Below are positions 13,601 through 26,131 of a stretch of 64,000 nt of DNA, one piece after another. The stretch lies in contig CM035352.1 of the NCBI GenBank assembly GCA_020137815.1, positions 4,836,001-4,900,000 on the forward strand. The letters are read 5' to 3'. Position numbers and translations under genes: made by a program. The notes beneath the pieces are model-generated. The model was given only the letters and a program-made list of their open reading frames with translations. It was not told the origin of the DNA and made no database searches. This DNA comes from Hormiphora californensis (taxonomy: Eukaryota > Animalia > Ctenophora). Every line of letters begins with the position of its first letter. The first letter of the stretch is position 1.

Positions 13601-16466
13601 CCCTACTATTACTGTTTCTAGAGTTTATAAACAAGAAAGGAACCGGAATGTGAACTGTTCAAGTTAGGACCACGTCGAACAGGCATGTTAGGACTCCTAA
13701 CATGCCTGCTTCAAAAAGTAGGGAGTTGTGACTTGTGAACCTGTTATGTTGACGAGTGAAAAGTCCCGTGTTCAACAAACAGTGCATTTTGCTTTCTGTC
13801 CCTACCGTGGCTACATTGGTGGGCATCATCCACTCCTTAAGATGTTTAATGGCGTATCCCAACTCGTGGTCGCTATACCGAAGGTCGTTAAAATAACTCT
13901 CCTCGGGGTGTTTGGCCATGTCAGCTGATAGCGCCTCTATATATTCTGTCCTGAAATACAATGGTCTTTAGAAGACAAGAGTGAGGAGGGGTGTAATTCT
14001 GCATCACGTGTGTTTACTTGCCAAGCTACATGAGTACATGTGCCTTCGACCCGGTTCGGATCAGAGAGTAGTCTTTTGTGAGACAAGTATTTACTTACTT
14101 CATAGCCTTTAGCATGAGTGAGATTTGACGGAGTTGGTTTAGTCGATACTCGTATGGTCGGGTCCTACCAGCATAGTAAGCCTCCCTCAAATCAGCACAA
14201 CACTGCTCCATCTTCTATCGTTATAGTAATTAGTAACTGTATTTCAAAGTGTATTTCAAAATCAAGCAAGTAACTGTTTAGTATAGAATTCAGAGCAAAG
14301 GTAAATCAAATAATATAACTCGAACATTGAGTAGCTGGAATATCACTGTCAGGCCGATGCTCTGACCGCGGTTCTGGAGAATACTATTCTGAATAGGGTT
14401 AGGTCAATGCTCTGACAGGAATATATCAAGGATTAGCAGACATATAATAGGATCCTCAAGTCCACAGTGGACTTAAGGATCCTATATGTCTGCTAATTTA
14501 GTGGACTGTCCACTAACTCTTCAAAGGTGACGAAGTATTTTTGGTGAACCTAATGCATTCCAAGAATATATATTCAGGAAGTCTACATGTAAATCACATT
14601 GCAAAATAAAGAGAGAGACAGATTGGGAGATAGAGTGTTTGAATAAATCACAAAAAGGCCAGACATCTATAACATTTTGTAATTGAAGTTAGTGCATGTC
14701 TAGGGCTTTGTGACGGGGTTGTCAGTTGTGAGGAGGATCTCTTGATCTGCTTAGGGATGGACTTTAGGCATCGTGGAGTTAAGAATAATAACCACGGATA
14801 TTGGATAATCCTCCGACGAAACATTCGTCTCTTCAAAAGTTCGGGGTCGGTATTCTAACTGTACTAATATTATTACAATGTATCAGAGTTAAAGCGCAGC
14901 AAGACAACACAAAATTTCAATGGCACTTAGAGAATTCTCAGATTCTGATTTGTTAAAACTGCGATACGGATAATGACATTTTAAACTGTGAATCCTCTTA
15001 GAGACAGGAACGAAGTAATCAATGAAGTTGTTGTTTTGTTTAAACAAGGTCGAGTAAGGCAATGAAATTGAACGTATCATGAGTCACTTTGTTTTTATAG
15101 GTCAAGACAAGTTCCTGCATGCATAGATTGCAGTTCCATTGCAGAGCTCACTATTATAACAGAGTAGTGGAAAGAGAATAATTTCTTCTTCCTAGTTATC
15201 CTATAATAACAGTGCTGCTTGTAGTGGGAATACGAAGTGTCTGGATAATACGGTATCTGACCAATACGGATCCTTGGCGTGCTAAATGTAGTCTGCGAGA
15301 GTTTCACAGCGTGTCGACTGGTTAGGGACAGATAGTACTTCCGCCCACGTATTGGCGTTAAGGAGTAAGGGAGAGTATAATTGTAGATTATTTCTGGCAA
15401 GTGTACAGAAAAGAACTAAGCAACTACTCACGGAACGAATGCGATCCTGACGCTAAGTTACTGCATGTGAAATAGCTTTTATACATACTTCATACCTATT
15501 TACTGTGTGACGAGTGTATAAAAGCTATTTCATTATGGGATATCATTGGGGAGGTTGAATTGTTCATACTTTTTACTATTACAGGGGAGGCTTTTGGATA
15601 TCACTTTGATCAGCTTTAAAAATAGAAAATATCAGTCCAGGTCTATGATCTCCTACTGTGCTCCCAATTATCCGGTTACATGGCCATGACTAATGGGTAG
15701 TCCAGACTTATAGAAGTAGACAAGTTTAGACTAACTTCCTTGATCCCTCTTGATAGACTATAAATAATATTCTTCTCACTATATCTATATATCCAACTAT
15801 CTCATCATTTAACTATTACAGGTCAGATAGCTAGAACTGTCGCTAGATCGGAATCCCGAGATAGTATCCATGCAGTGGAGAAACTGATTGCCGAACTTGG
15901 GGATTCAAAACAGGTATTATAATATCACATTTTGCCCTGCTCGACCCTGTCTCACCACGCAAACGGCAAACAAATGTAAAGGACATAAAGGACATAACGA
16001 AGCACATTGGGCCATCTACAAAAATACTAAATAGGGGGTTTTCAACTATCAAGCACCTAATACAGGGTATCCCATTGCAGTGGAGCCCAGTCATGACTTA
16101 AAATCGCAGGTCACGCAAAGACAGTGGGACTCCATATAATATAATATTGCAAAAGCGTTGTTATTATATGGGCAATCACTACCGTATAAAGATTAATTGT
16201 TACTCATCTAGGGAGATTGGTGTGCGACATGACAAAGCAGTTAGCAGTTCAAGCAACAGGGGGTGTTCTTGATCTTCTGAGAAGAAAGGTGTTCACAAGG
16301 TGTTTACAAGGTGTTCAAAATAATTAAACAAGAAAGGTGTTCAAAGTTATAATACACAGTTGCTGTACTACATGAGTACTCAGTACAGACTGTGTACTAG
16401 ATTCGGGGTAGAGAGAGAGAGAGGGAGAGAGAGAGGGAGAGATAGGGAGAGATAGAGAGCGAGAGG

Positions 16467-16545
<79 letters not shown>

Positions 16546-19500
16546 AGAGATAGAGAATAAGAGAGGAAGAGAGAGCTGAGAGGGTACTTCCTGGTCAGTC
16601 TAAAGCATACTGAAACCTTTTGAAGATATTGAAACTATCACCTCGACACAATTACAATTCACCAGAGTTACCGACAAAACAGCTCTTGTCTGACCACAGT
16701 GTGCGGTCATGTAACCGCTGCTATAACGCAAGTCACAGATATATCATAGAATTTATTTTCCAGCACGCGGTTCTGCAATCGGACACTGCAGCAATGTTGA
16801 ATTGCAGAACCATGCTGATAAGAAGAAGAGGTGGAGAAATCAATAAGTTACATAATATAACGTTTCTCTAGCTACACGAAACTCGTCTCGCATGACCACT
16901 GATCAGACTAAATTTCAGTTGTATGAGCGAAGTATCAATACATCGCTCAGCTGAAATTTAGCCTCTAAAATATCATATGTTTGCGTCTGCAAAATATAAC
17001 AGCATACGGCGATTTTCTGTACAATGATCAGAAAGAGAAATTAGTATAAACTTGTTCGTGTCTAACGACCTTTCTTTGTTTCAGGAAAGTGATTTAGAGA
17101 ATATAGTGTCACCTACAACCCGTAAAATGGGAGGATGTCTCACGTGGTACGGGCAAGTTGGATTCCTCATTCTCAACTATTGGCCCCTTCCTCCTCCAGT
17201 AGAATCAGCCTCCCAAGAAACACCTGTAGACAATATAAGTTTAGGTAATGGCCAACATGTTGACCGAGCAACAATTGACTCTGATAGAAACTGTGAAATC
17301 AAACAGAATACGGAAAAAACTAACAGTGAATTTGTAAAAATATCTGATAAGACTGAATCTGAGACAGCCACTGAACCTGAGGCAGTCACTGAACCTGAGA
17401 CAGTCACTGAACCTGAGACAGTCACTGAACCTGAGATAGTCACTGAACCTGAGACAGTCACTGAACCTGAGACAGTCACTGAATCTGAGACAGTCACTGA
17501 ACCTGAGACAGTCACTGAACCTGAGACATCCACTGAACCTGAGACAGTCACTGAACCTGAGACAGTCACTGAACCTAAGACAGTCACTGAACCTGAGACA
17601 GTCACTGAACCTGAGACAGTCACTGAAGCTGAAACAGTCACTAAACCTGAGACAGTCCATGAACCTGAGACAGTCACTGAACCTGAGACAGTCACTGAAC
17701 CTGAGACAATCACTGAACCTGAGACAATCACTGAACCTGAGACAGTCACTGAACCTGAGACAGTCACTGAACCTGAGGCAGTCAGTGAACCTGAGACAGT
17801 CACTGAACCTAAGACAGTCACTGAACCTAAGACAGTCACTGAACCTGGGACAGCCACTGAACCTGAGACAGCCATTGAACCTGAGACAGCCACTGAACCT
17901 GAGACAGTTACTGAACCTGAGACAGCCACTGAACCTGAGGCAGTCACTGAACCTGAGACAGTCACTGAACCTGAGACAGTCCATGAACCTGAGACAGTCA
18001 CTGAACCTGAGACAGTCACTGAACCTGAGACAATCACTGAACCTGAGACAATCACTGAACCTGAGACAGTCACTGAACCTGAGACAGTCACTGAACCTGA
18101 GGCAGTCAGTGAACCTGAGACAGTCACTGAACCTAAGACAGTCACTGAACCTAAGACAGTCACTGAACCTGGGACAGCCACTGAACCTGAGACAGCCATT
18201 GAACCTGAGACAGCCACTGAACCTGAGACAGTTACTGAACCTGAGACAGCCACTGAACCTGAGGCAGTCACTGAACCTGAGACAGTCACTGAACCTGAGA
18301 CAGTCACTGAACCTGAGACAGTCACTGAACCTGAGACAGTCACTGAACCTGAGACAGTCACTGAACCTGAGACAGCCACTGAACTTGAGACAGTCACTGA
18401 ACCTGAGACAGCCACTGAACCTGAGACAGCCACTGAACCTGTTCCTAAGGACTCTCAGCCCTGTTCAGCAGCAGTTGACCCTCTTGCGTTTCATCAAGAT
18501 AGCGAAGAGTCGGACTATGTTGAGCTGACGATGACATCACGTGGGTCACCCGACCAATACATTAACCTGGCATCTTTCAAACCTGAGGAGGAGGAGGAAC
18601 CGGACTACGCGGAATTGACTGAGTTTGCTGGATCTGGAGAAGATTATGTCAATATTAACACATTGCGGGATAGTGACAGGGAATCTGAATATGTTGCCAT
18701 GACATCTATTGATAAAGGAGCAACAGATGACTCAGAGTATGTTACCATGACATCTATTGATAAAGGAGCAACAGATGACTCAGAGTATGTTACCATGACA
18801 TCTATTGATAAAGGAGCAGCAGATGACTCAGAGTATGTTACCATGACATCTATTGATAAAGGAGCAACAGATGACTCAGAGTATGTTACCATGACATCTA
18901 TTGATAAAGGAGCAGCAGATGACTCAGAGTATGTTACCATGACATCTATTGATAAAGGAGCAGCAGATGACTCAGAGTATGTTACCATGACATCTATTGA
19001 TAAAGGAGCAACAGATGACTCAGAGTATGTTACCATGGCATCTATTGATAAAGGAGCAACAGATGAATCTGAATATGTTGATATGGATACCCTTCATCCC
19101 TATGACGATGATGAAGACCATTACGTCACGATGGATAGATTCCATTGCTCTCAAGATCACAGGGCGGTTTCCAAATCTGACAGTTACGATGTTTCAAGTG
19201 CAGTATCGGGTGCCCCTCTCTTTGTATCACGAGGTGTCGTCATGGCGGTGTGGAATGAGAACGGAGAGGAGGGAGGTAGTTCAAACATTGTCCGCGAGGA
19301 TACTGAAGATCCGACCTCGTTGCGAACTACAGAGTCCTCCTCGACTGACCTTGGGTCTGGGCTAGTTTGTGAGTCATTAGAGAGTTTAGGTTCAATGCCT
19401 AACCTTCAGTGTGAATCCATGGAAAATGTATCTTGTTCACCTGCTACTGTGCTCAGTGAGAAAGTGGAGACAGTCCAGTCTTCAGCAGCCCCTACTCTAG

Positions 19501-22500
19501 AAAAAGAATCTGTAGCTGTCCCAGAACCTGAAACCGTTGCTGAAACTGTTCCTGAATCTAAGACTGTTCCAGAACCCGCTGCAGAACCAGTTCTAGAAAC
19601 TGAGACCACCGCAGAATCTGCTCCAGGACCTGATTCCGTTAATGAATCTGTTCTTGAATCTGAGATTGCCGCAAAACCAGTTTCAGTACCTGATATAGCT
19701 GCAGAGCCTGTTCCTGAAGCTGAGGTTGTTCCAGAATATGTTTCTGAATCTAAGATTATTCCAGGATCGGTTTCAGAACATGAAACCGTTGAAGAATCTG
19801 TTGAAGAATCTGTAGAAACTGAGACTGTTCCAAAACTCGCTGCAGAGCCTGAGACCGTTGCAGAATCTGTTTCAGAAACTGAGGCCGTTTCAGAACCTGC
19901 TGTAGAATCTGAGACTGTTCTTGAATCTGTTCCTGAACCCGAGACCGTTGAGGTTCCTGAATCTGAGACTGTTCCTAAATCAGTTCCTGAACCCGAGACC
20001 GTTGCTGTTCCTGAATCTGAGACGGTTTCAGAATCTGTTCCTCAACTTGCTGCAGAACCTGAGACCGTTGCAGAATCTGTTTCAGAAACTGAAGCCGTTT
20101 CAGAACCTGCTGTAGAATCTGAGACTGTTCCTGAATCTGTTCCTGAACCCGAGACCGTTGCTGTTCCTGAATCTGATACGGTTTCAGAATCTGTTTCTCA
20201 ACTTGCTGCAGAACCTGAGACGGTTTCAGAATCTGTTACTGAACCTGAGGTAGTTTCAGAACCCGCTGCAGAGCCTGAGACCGTTGCCGTTCCTGAATCT
20301 GAGATGGTTCCTGAATCAGTTTCAGAACTTGAAACTGTTGTAGAATCTGTTACTGAATCTGAGGCAGTTTCAGAAACCGCTTTAGAACCTGAGACCGTTG
20401 CTGTTCCTGAATCTGAGACTGTTCCTGAATCTGTTTCTGTACCCGAGACCGTTGCTGTTCCTGAATCTGAGACTGTTCCTGAATCTGTTCCTGAATCTGA
20501 GTCAGTTTCAGAACCCGCTGTAGAACCTGAGATCGTTACTGAAACTGTTCCTGAGCCTGCTGCAGAATATGAAACCGTTGCAGAATCTATTTCAGAAACT
20601 GAGACCGTTTCAGAACCTGCTGTAAAATCTGAGACTGTTCCTGATTCTGTTCCTGAACCTGAGACCGTTGCTGTTCCTGAATCTGAGACTGTTTCTGAAT
20701 ATGTTACTGAACCTGACACCGCGTCCGAATCTGTTCCTGGACCTGACGTAGTTTTAGAACCCGCTGCAGAGCCTGAGACCGTTGCTGTTCCTGAATCTGA
20801 GACTGTTCCTGAATCTGTTCCTGTACCCGAGACCGTTGCTGTTCCTCAATCTGACACTGTTCCTCAATCTGTTATTGACTCTGAGGCTGTTCTAGAACCC
20901 GCTGCAGAACCTGAGACCGTTGTAGAATCTTCTTCAGAAGCTGAGGCCGTTTCAGAACCCGCTGTAGAATCTAAAACTGTTCCTGATTCTGTTCCTGAAT
21001 CTGAGACTGTTCCTGATTCTGTTCCTGAACCTGAGACTGTTCCTGATTCTGTTCGTGAACCTGAGACTGTTGCTGTTCCTGAATCTAAGACTGTTCCCGA
21101 ATCTGTTCCTGAATCTAATGCTGTTCCTGAATCAGTTCCTGAACCTGAAACCGTTGCTGAATCTGAGACTATTTCTGAATCTGTTCCTGAATCTGAGTCA
21201 GTTTCAGAACCCGCGGTAAAACCTGAGACAGTTGCTGTTTCTGAATCTGCAGAGCCAGTTACTAAATCTGAGGATATTCCTGAAACTGAGTCGGTTCCAG
21301 GGCCAGTTCCAGAACCTGAGACCAGTAAAAGAATCAGAGGCTGTTCCAGAACCTGAGACTGTTCCAGAGCCAGTTTCAGAACTAGAGACTGTTCTAGAGC
21401 CAGTTCCAGAACCTGAGACTGTTCCAGACCCAGTTCCAGAACCTGAGACTGTTCCAGAGCCAGTTTCAGAACCTGAGACTGTTCCTGAGCCAGTTCCAGA
21501 ACTTGAAACTGTTGCAGAATCTGTTACTGAATCTGAGACTATTTCTGAATCTGTTCCTGAATCTGAGTCAGTTTCAGAACCTGCGGTAGAACCTGAGACC
21601 GTTACTGAAACTGTTCCTGAATCTGAGACAGTTGCTGTTTCTGAATCTGCAGAGCCAGTTACTGAATCTGAGGATATTCCTGAAACTGAGTCGGTTCCAG
21701 AGCCAGTTCCAGAACCTGAGACCGTTGTAGAATCTGTTTCTGAATCTCTTCCAGAACCTGAGACCGTAAAAGAATCAGAGGCTGTTCCAGAACCTCTTAC
21801 AGAACCTGAGACTGTTCCAGAGCCAATTCCAGAAATAGAGACTGTTCTAGAGCCAGTTCCAGAACCTGAGACTGTTCCAGACCCAGTTCCAGAACCTGAG
21901 ACTGTTCCAGACCCAGTTCCAGAACCTGAGACTGTTTCAGAGCCAGTTTCAGAACATGAGACTGTTCCTGAGCCAGTTCCAGAACTTGAAACTGTTGCAG
22001 AATCTGTTACTGAATCTGAGACTGTTCCAGACCCAGTTCCAGAACCTGAGACTGTTCAAGACCCAGTTTCAGAACCTGAGACTGTTTCAGAGCCAGTTAC
22101 AGAACCTGAGACCACCACAGAAACTGTTCCTGAACCTGAGACTGTTCCAGAGCCAGTTTCAGAACCTGAGACTGTTCCTGAGCCAGTTCCAGAACTTGAA
22201 ACTGTTGCAGAATCTGTTACTGAATCTGAGACTGTTCCAGACCCAGTTCCAGAACCTGAGACTATTCAAGACCCAGTTTCAGAACCTGAGACTATTTCAG
22301 AGCCAGTTACAGAACCTGAGACCACCACAGAAACTGTTCCTGAACCTGAGACTGTTCCAGAGCCAGTTTCAGAACCTGAAACAGTTCTAGAACCAGTTCC
22401 TGAACCTGAGACTGTTCCAGAGCCAGTTTCAGAACCTGAGACTGTTCCTGAGCCAGTTTCAGGACCTGAGACTGTTCCTGAGCCAGTTTCAGGACCTGAG

Positions 22501-23142
22501 ACTGTTCCTGAGCCAGTTCCAGAACCTGAGACTGTTCCAGATCCAGTTCCAGAACCTGAGACTGTTCCAGACCCAGTTCCAGAACCTGAGACTGTTCCAG
22601 AGTCAGTTCAAGAACCTGAGACTGTTGTAGAATCTAAAACAGTTCTAGAACCAGTTCCAGAACCAGTTCCAGAGCCCGTTCCAGAACCTGACACCACCAC
22701 AGAAACTGTTTCAGAACCTGAGACCACCACAGAAACTGTTCCTGAACCTGAGACTGTTCCAACCCCAGTTTCAGAACCTGAGACTGTCCCTGAGACGGTT
22801 CCGGAGCCAGTTCCAGAACCTAAGACGATTCCAGAACCAGTTTCAGAACCTGAGAGCTGCACCAGAGAAACTGTTCCTAAATCTGAGACTGTTCCAAAAC
22901 CAGTTTCCGAACCCGAGACCTCCGAAGCGGACGTGGATAAGACTGAGACTACTACCGAACAACCAGACAGAACTATAACAGAAACTGCTGAAGATATCAC
23001 TGAGGTTGATACTACCGAACACCTGATAACTGACACTGACAACTTTGACTACGAATCTGACTATGAACCGTGTGGGGCTGCGTCTGAAAATGGCTCCGTT
23101 TGCTCCACAGATGAGTTTCCCCATTGCACGACTAGAATTTAG
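7650..23142 (+). CDS. Large multi-exon protein: LIM domain(s) + CAP/SCP (GAPR-1/PR-1-like) domain + EPETVT repeats + YxxM array + Glu/Pro/Val/Thr-rich tail; 5' end unresolved
   Basis: Exons 7650-7691 (least certain), 7742-7855, 9081-9177, 9318-9480, 9684-9808, 15822-15913, 17085-23142; all GT-AG and phase-compatible. LIM: CSLC...[11 protein letters not shown]...HVEC. CAP: [34 protein letters not shown]...HDTVFGQ...AVEKLIAE...[14 protein letters not shown]...FLILNYWP. One 1-nt insertion at ~21324 in the last exon. Confidence 0.72.
9964..14211 (-). CDS. ALDH3: Aldehyde dehydrogenase family 3 (fatty aldehyde dehydrogenase, ALDH3A2-like), 9 exons
   Basis: Exons 14211-14099, 13950-13806, 12775-12552, 12399-12329, 12233-12088, 11934-11635, 11523-11295, 10484-10326, 10118-9964. 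Motifs: [36 protein letters not shown], catalytic [27 protein letters not shown]. The last exon encodes a hydrophobic tail. Confidence 0.93.
12798..13608. mobile_element. Foldback/MITE-like element in ALDH intron 2 with a ~600-bp internal palindrome
   Basis: Terminal IR TAGTAGGGACGAAT / ATTCGTCCCTACTA. Long inverted arms at ~12990-13281 and ~13306-13598 with few mismatches. Confidence 0.8.
16411..16572. repeat. (GA)n-rich microsatellite
   Basis: Direct reading. Confidence 0.9.
17355..18440 (+). repeat. Coding 18-bp minisatellite (GAACCTGAGACAGTCACT; EPETVT), ~60 units
   Basis: Direct reading. Variant units recur with a 324-bp period (CATGAA at 17658 and 17982). Confidence 0.95.
18684..19087 (+). 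repeat. Coding 48-bp tandem repeat ([16 protein letters not shown]), 8 full units plus a partial
   Basis: Direct reading of DNA and translation. Confidence 0.95.
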
Positions 23143-23607
23143 TAAAACTAAACCCCGCTGAGTATATTTCTTTCTTTGCATGTTTTTTATCCGATGTTTA
23201 AGATTTTGACTTTTGTACTAACTGAAGTATGTGAGAGCTTTTCATTGCTGTTAATAATAATTCCTTTTCGGTTCAAGAGAGGACCGGCACAATCTCAGAT
23301 ACGAGTTTTATTCATGCTTTTGAAACGGTTTAGGCGGTTTAAGGAACGAGGAACTGGATTCTGGAAGTAATTGGTGATGTTGTGTGCCAGAATCAGTGTC
23401 ACAATTAATTATCGTCTTAATTGTGACGCGCGATCATTCGTCACAAATTAAACTACACTGGTGTTAGTGCGCGGCGCAGGCCATTCGAATTACCGGGAAG
23501 CCGATCCCGGGTCCTGCCGTTTTTTGAACAATTGGTGCCGACCCGTTCTGAGCACACATGATTATGTTGAGACAGTGAGAGACACACAGTACATGATCAT
23601 GTGCATA

Positions 23608-23643
<36 letters not shown>

Positions 23644-23792
23644 TCACTCTCTCTCTCTCTCCCTCTCTCTCCCTCTCAGTTTTTGCTGAGCAAGCTGCTG
23701 CGATTGCTTGTGTGTTTTTGAATGAATTGCATGCATACCAGCGCAGTGGCAGCTGTTGCTAATGGAGATACAGCCGTTCAGTCTGAGAGAGC

Positions 23793-23874
<82 letters not shown>

Positions 23875-23953
23875 CTCCCTCTGCGTGCGAAGGCTACATT
23901 ACAAGAGTCTAGTTCAAGTTGCGACGTTTCGTTTGTCAGATTCACAGAACATC

Positions 23954-24332
23954 ATGCCGCCCAGTGCAGAAAAAGCCTACTTTCAGCTAACCGTTCCTAA
24001 AGGTTTGTCATATATTGTCAGTTCACTTCGTGTCTGGCGGCTCCGATCCGATCTGAGCGCACTGTCGCGAGGATCAAAACGGGGTCGGTCCACTAGTGTG
24101 TGACACTGGTCAGTGGTCATTTGCACGTCAGAATTTGCCCATACGCATACGTCATGTCTATTGTCAGTTGTCTAATATGTCTGTGTTTCCAGGTTTGGAT
24201 GTGGTTATCAGTGGCATTTCCAAAGAAGTACTGAAACGACAACCCAAGGACGAGGATCTCGCCCGGGTGATAGCCAGCTATCTTCGCAGGGAGCTGAAAA
24301 TGAGGGAAACAGGGACCTCTGAGCTGCAATGA
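23954..24332 (+). CDS. 62-aa stand-alone RIIa dimerisation/docking (D/D) domain protein (Sp17/CABYR/ropporin-like), 2 exons (23954-24002, 24193-24332)
   Basis: Spliced product MPPSAEKAYFQLTVPKGLDVVISGISKEVLKRQPKDEDLARVIASYLRRELKMRETGTSELQ fits the RIIa pattern (I/V)PxGL..L.....EVL..QP..L....A.Y. Phase-1 GT-AG intron. Confidence 0.75.
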
Positions 24333-24507
24333 AACCCACCATCATCATCACCAGAAATATTTTTAGCAGACTAATGGAAATGGGGCAGAGTTAAATGTGG
24401 TTAAAACAGAAGAGAGACACTGACAAAATGGATCTGTGTAATAAATTAACTCGAATTGTGTACCCTGCTCATGATCTCTTGTCAATATAAATAAAACTGT
24501 TTTGCTA

Positions 24508-25536
24508 TCAGCTCATTGAAAATTTCCCCTTTTTCTGTCCTCCTTTTCCTTTATAAAAGTCACTTTTCCCTTTCCTTTTCCCCTTGTTACTGCTAGCTAC
24601 AGATAGGTTGACTGGAGGGGGAACTTGGAAACCAAAAGATTTGGCCACTAGGGACAGATCAAGCTTGTCGACATCGAATACGTTCTTCAGTGCGTGAGAA
24701 GCATATGCTTGGATGTAAGATCTGTAGGCTTCTTTGGCACTCTTGAACAGATAGAAATTCTTTGTTATCAACTTTTCCAACTGAGGGAGGAGAGAGCGGG
24801 GGTTAGGAACATGATTGACGAATAGATGTAACTCGGCATTGACAAAAATAAACAATCACTATTTTCTTGGCAGAATTCATGAGGGGGATTAATTAGCAAC
24901 AATTGAAGCTTTTACCTGATTTTGCACATTTGCTATTTTGTTGTTGCTGAAGTTATATTCATTGAGGGGAACCTTCGCGTGTTTGAGGTATCGAAGGAAG
25001 GCCAGCTCCCCGGGTAACAGGAAAAGTAGGGCGTTACCAACACCACCCGCACGGGCTGTTCGACCCACTCTGTGGATATATTCCTGTAGACAGGGGGGAT
25101 TTGTTAGTTACATTGATACTTTTCTGTACATCGTCATATCCCGATCATGTCATATAACGGAGGACCTATAATCTCTCTGATGATACTCAGGGATAGAAGT
25201 CAAACCAGGCTCGTGGTGAGGGGATAGTATAATTTGATAAACAGATACTAGGGGGTTGAACTCACTCTGGGATCATCGGGAGGATCATATTGGATAATCC
25301 AATCAACAGCAGGGATATCTAAACCTCGAGCTGCCACATCTGTACAGAACAGAACTCCACTTTTGGCGTTACAGAACTCGAAGAATGTTGTTGTCCGCTT
25401 TTGCTGTTTTTGCTTTCCCTGTAGTTGAGATTAAAGATTTTAATTATTATCGGAGGAATGAAGGAAGAGAGGAAGGAAGATAGAGAGGGATGGAGATAGA
25501 GAGGGGGGGATAAAAAGGGGGAGATAGAGAGGAAGG

Positions 25537-25606
<70 letters not shown>

Positions 25607-26076
25607 AGAAAGAGAGAGAGAGAGAGAGAGATAGGGGAGAGAGATTTAGAGAAGGATGAAGATCGATGCATAGAGATAGGAGACTGTCATTATGCCATAT
25701 TGGCAAAAGGTTGCACATTTTAATACAGAGAACTTGTTCTCCTAATTAAAAAAAGGGGTACTAGCTAGAAAGGAGCGTACCTACTGGATATAAACACTCA
25801 AAATCCATTGTGCAACACTGATCTCAAGAATCATTTTGACCTATTTTTCGATGAGTGAAAACCATTTTATCAGGGTAGAGGGGGCATCAAACTTACATGG
25901 ATATCTTTAACAGGGATGTCAATGTAGTTGAATAACTCGGCGTGATATTTAACTGCGTTACAGGTGCTGAAAAATACCATGCACTTCTTGTCTTTGTTCT
26001 TCTTGACGAACGTGAAGAGGAGCATGAACCGTTTGTCGCTGGGACATACAACGTAGCCCTGTAGGGAGAAAGGATG

Positions 26077-26131
<55 letters not shown>

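Noticed and set aside
17127-17144. MGGCLT as an N-myristoylation start (FRS2-like adaptor)
   Set aside because: It lies inside the CAP domain ([13 protein letters not shown]...LNYWP) of an exon that is in frame with upstream exons, so it is best read as internal.
17177-18528. Long alternative-frame and antisense ORFs (SLNLRQ, VSGSVT, DCLRFS repeats)
   Set aside because: By-products of a stop-poor 18-bp repeat unit.
18684-19087. Regular repeats resembling a CRISPR array
   Set aside because: Head-to-tail units with no unique spacers, in frame within a eukaryotic exon, and no cas genes.
25084-25265. Possible intronic H/ACA snoRNA in DDX18
   Set aside because: An AGATTA box, a hairpin and ACA are present, but the spacing and lower stem do not fit the H/ACA architecture.
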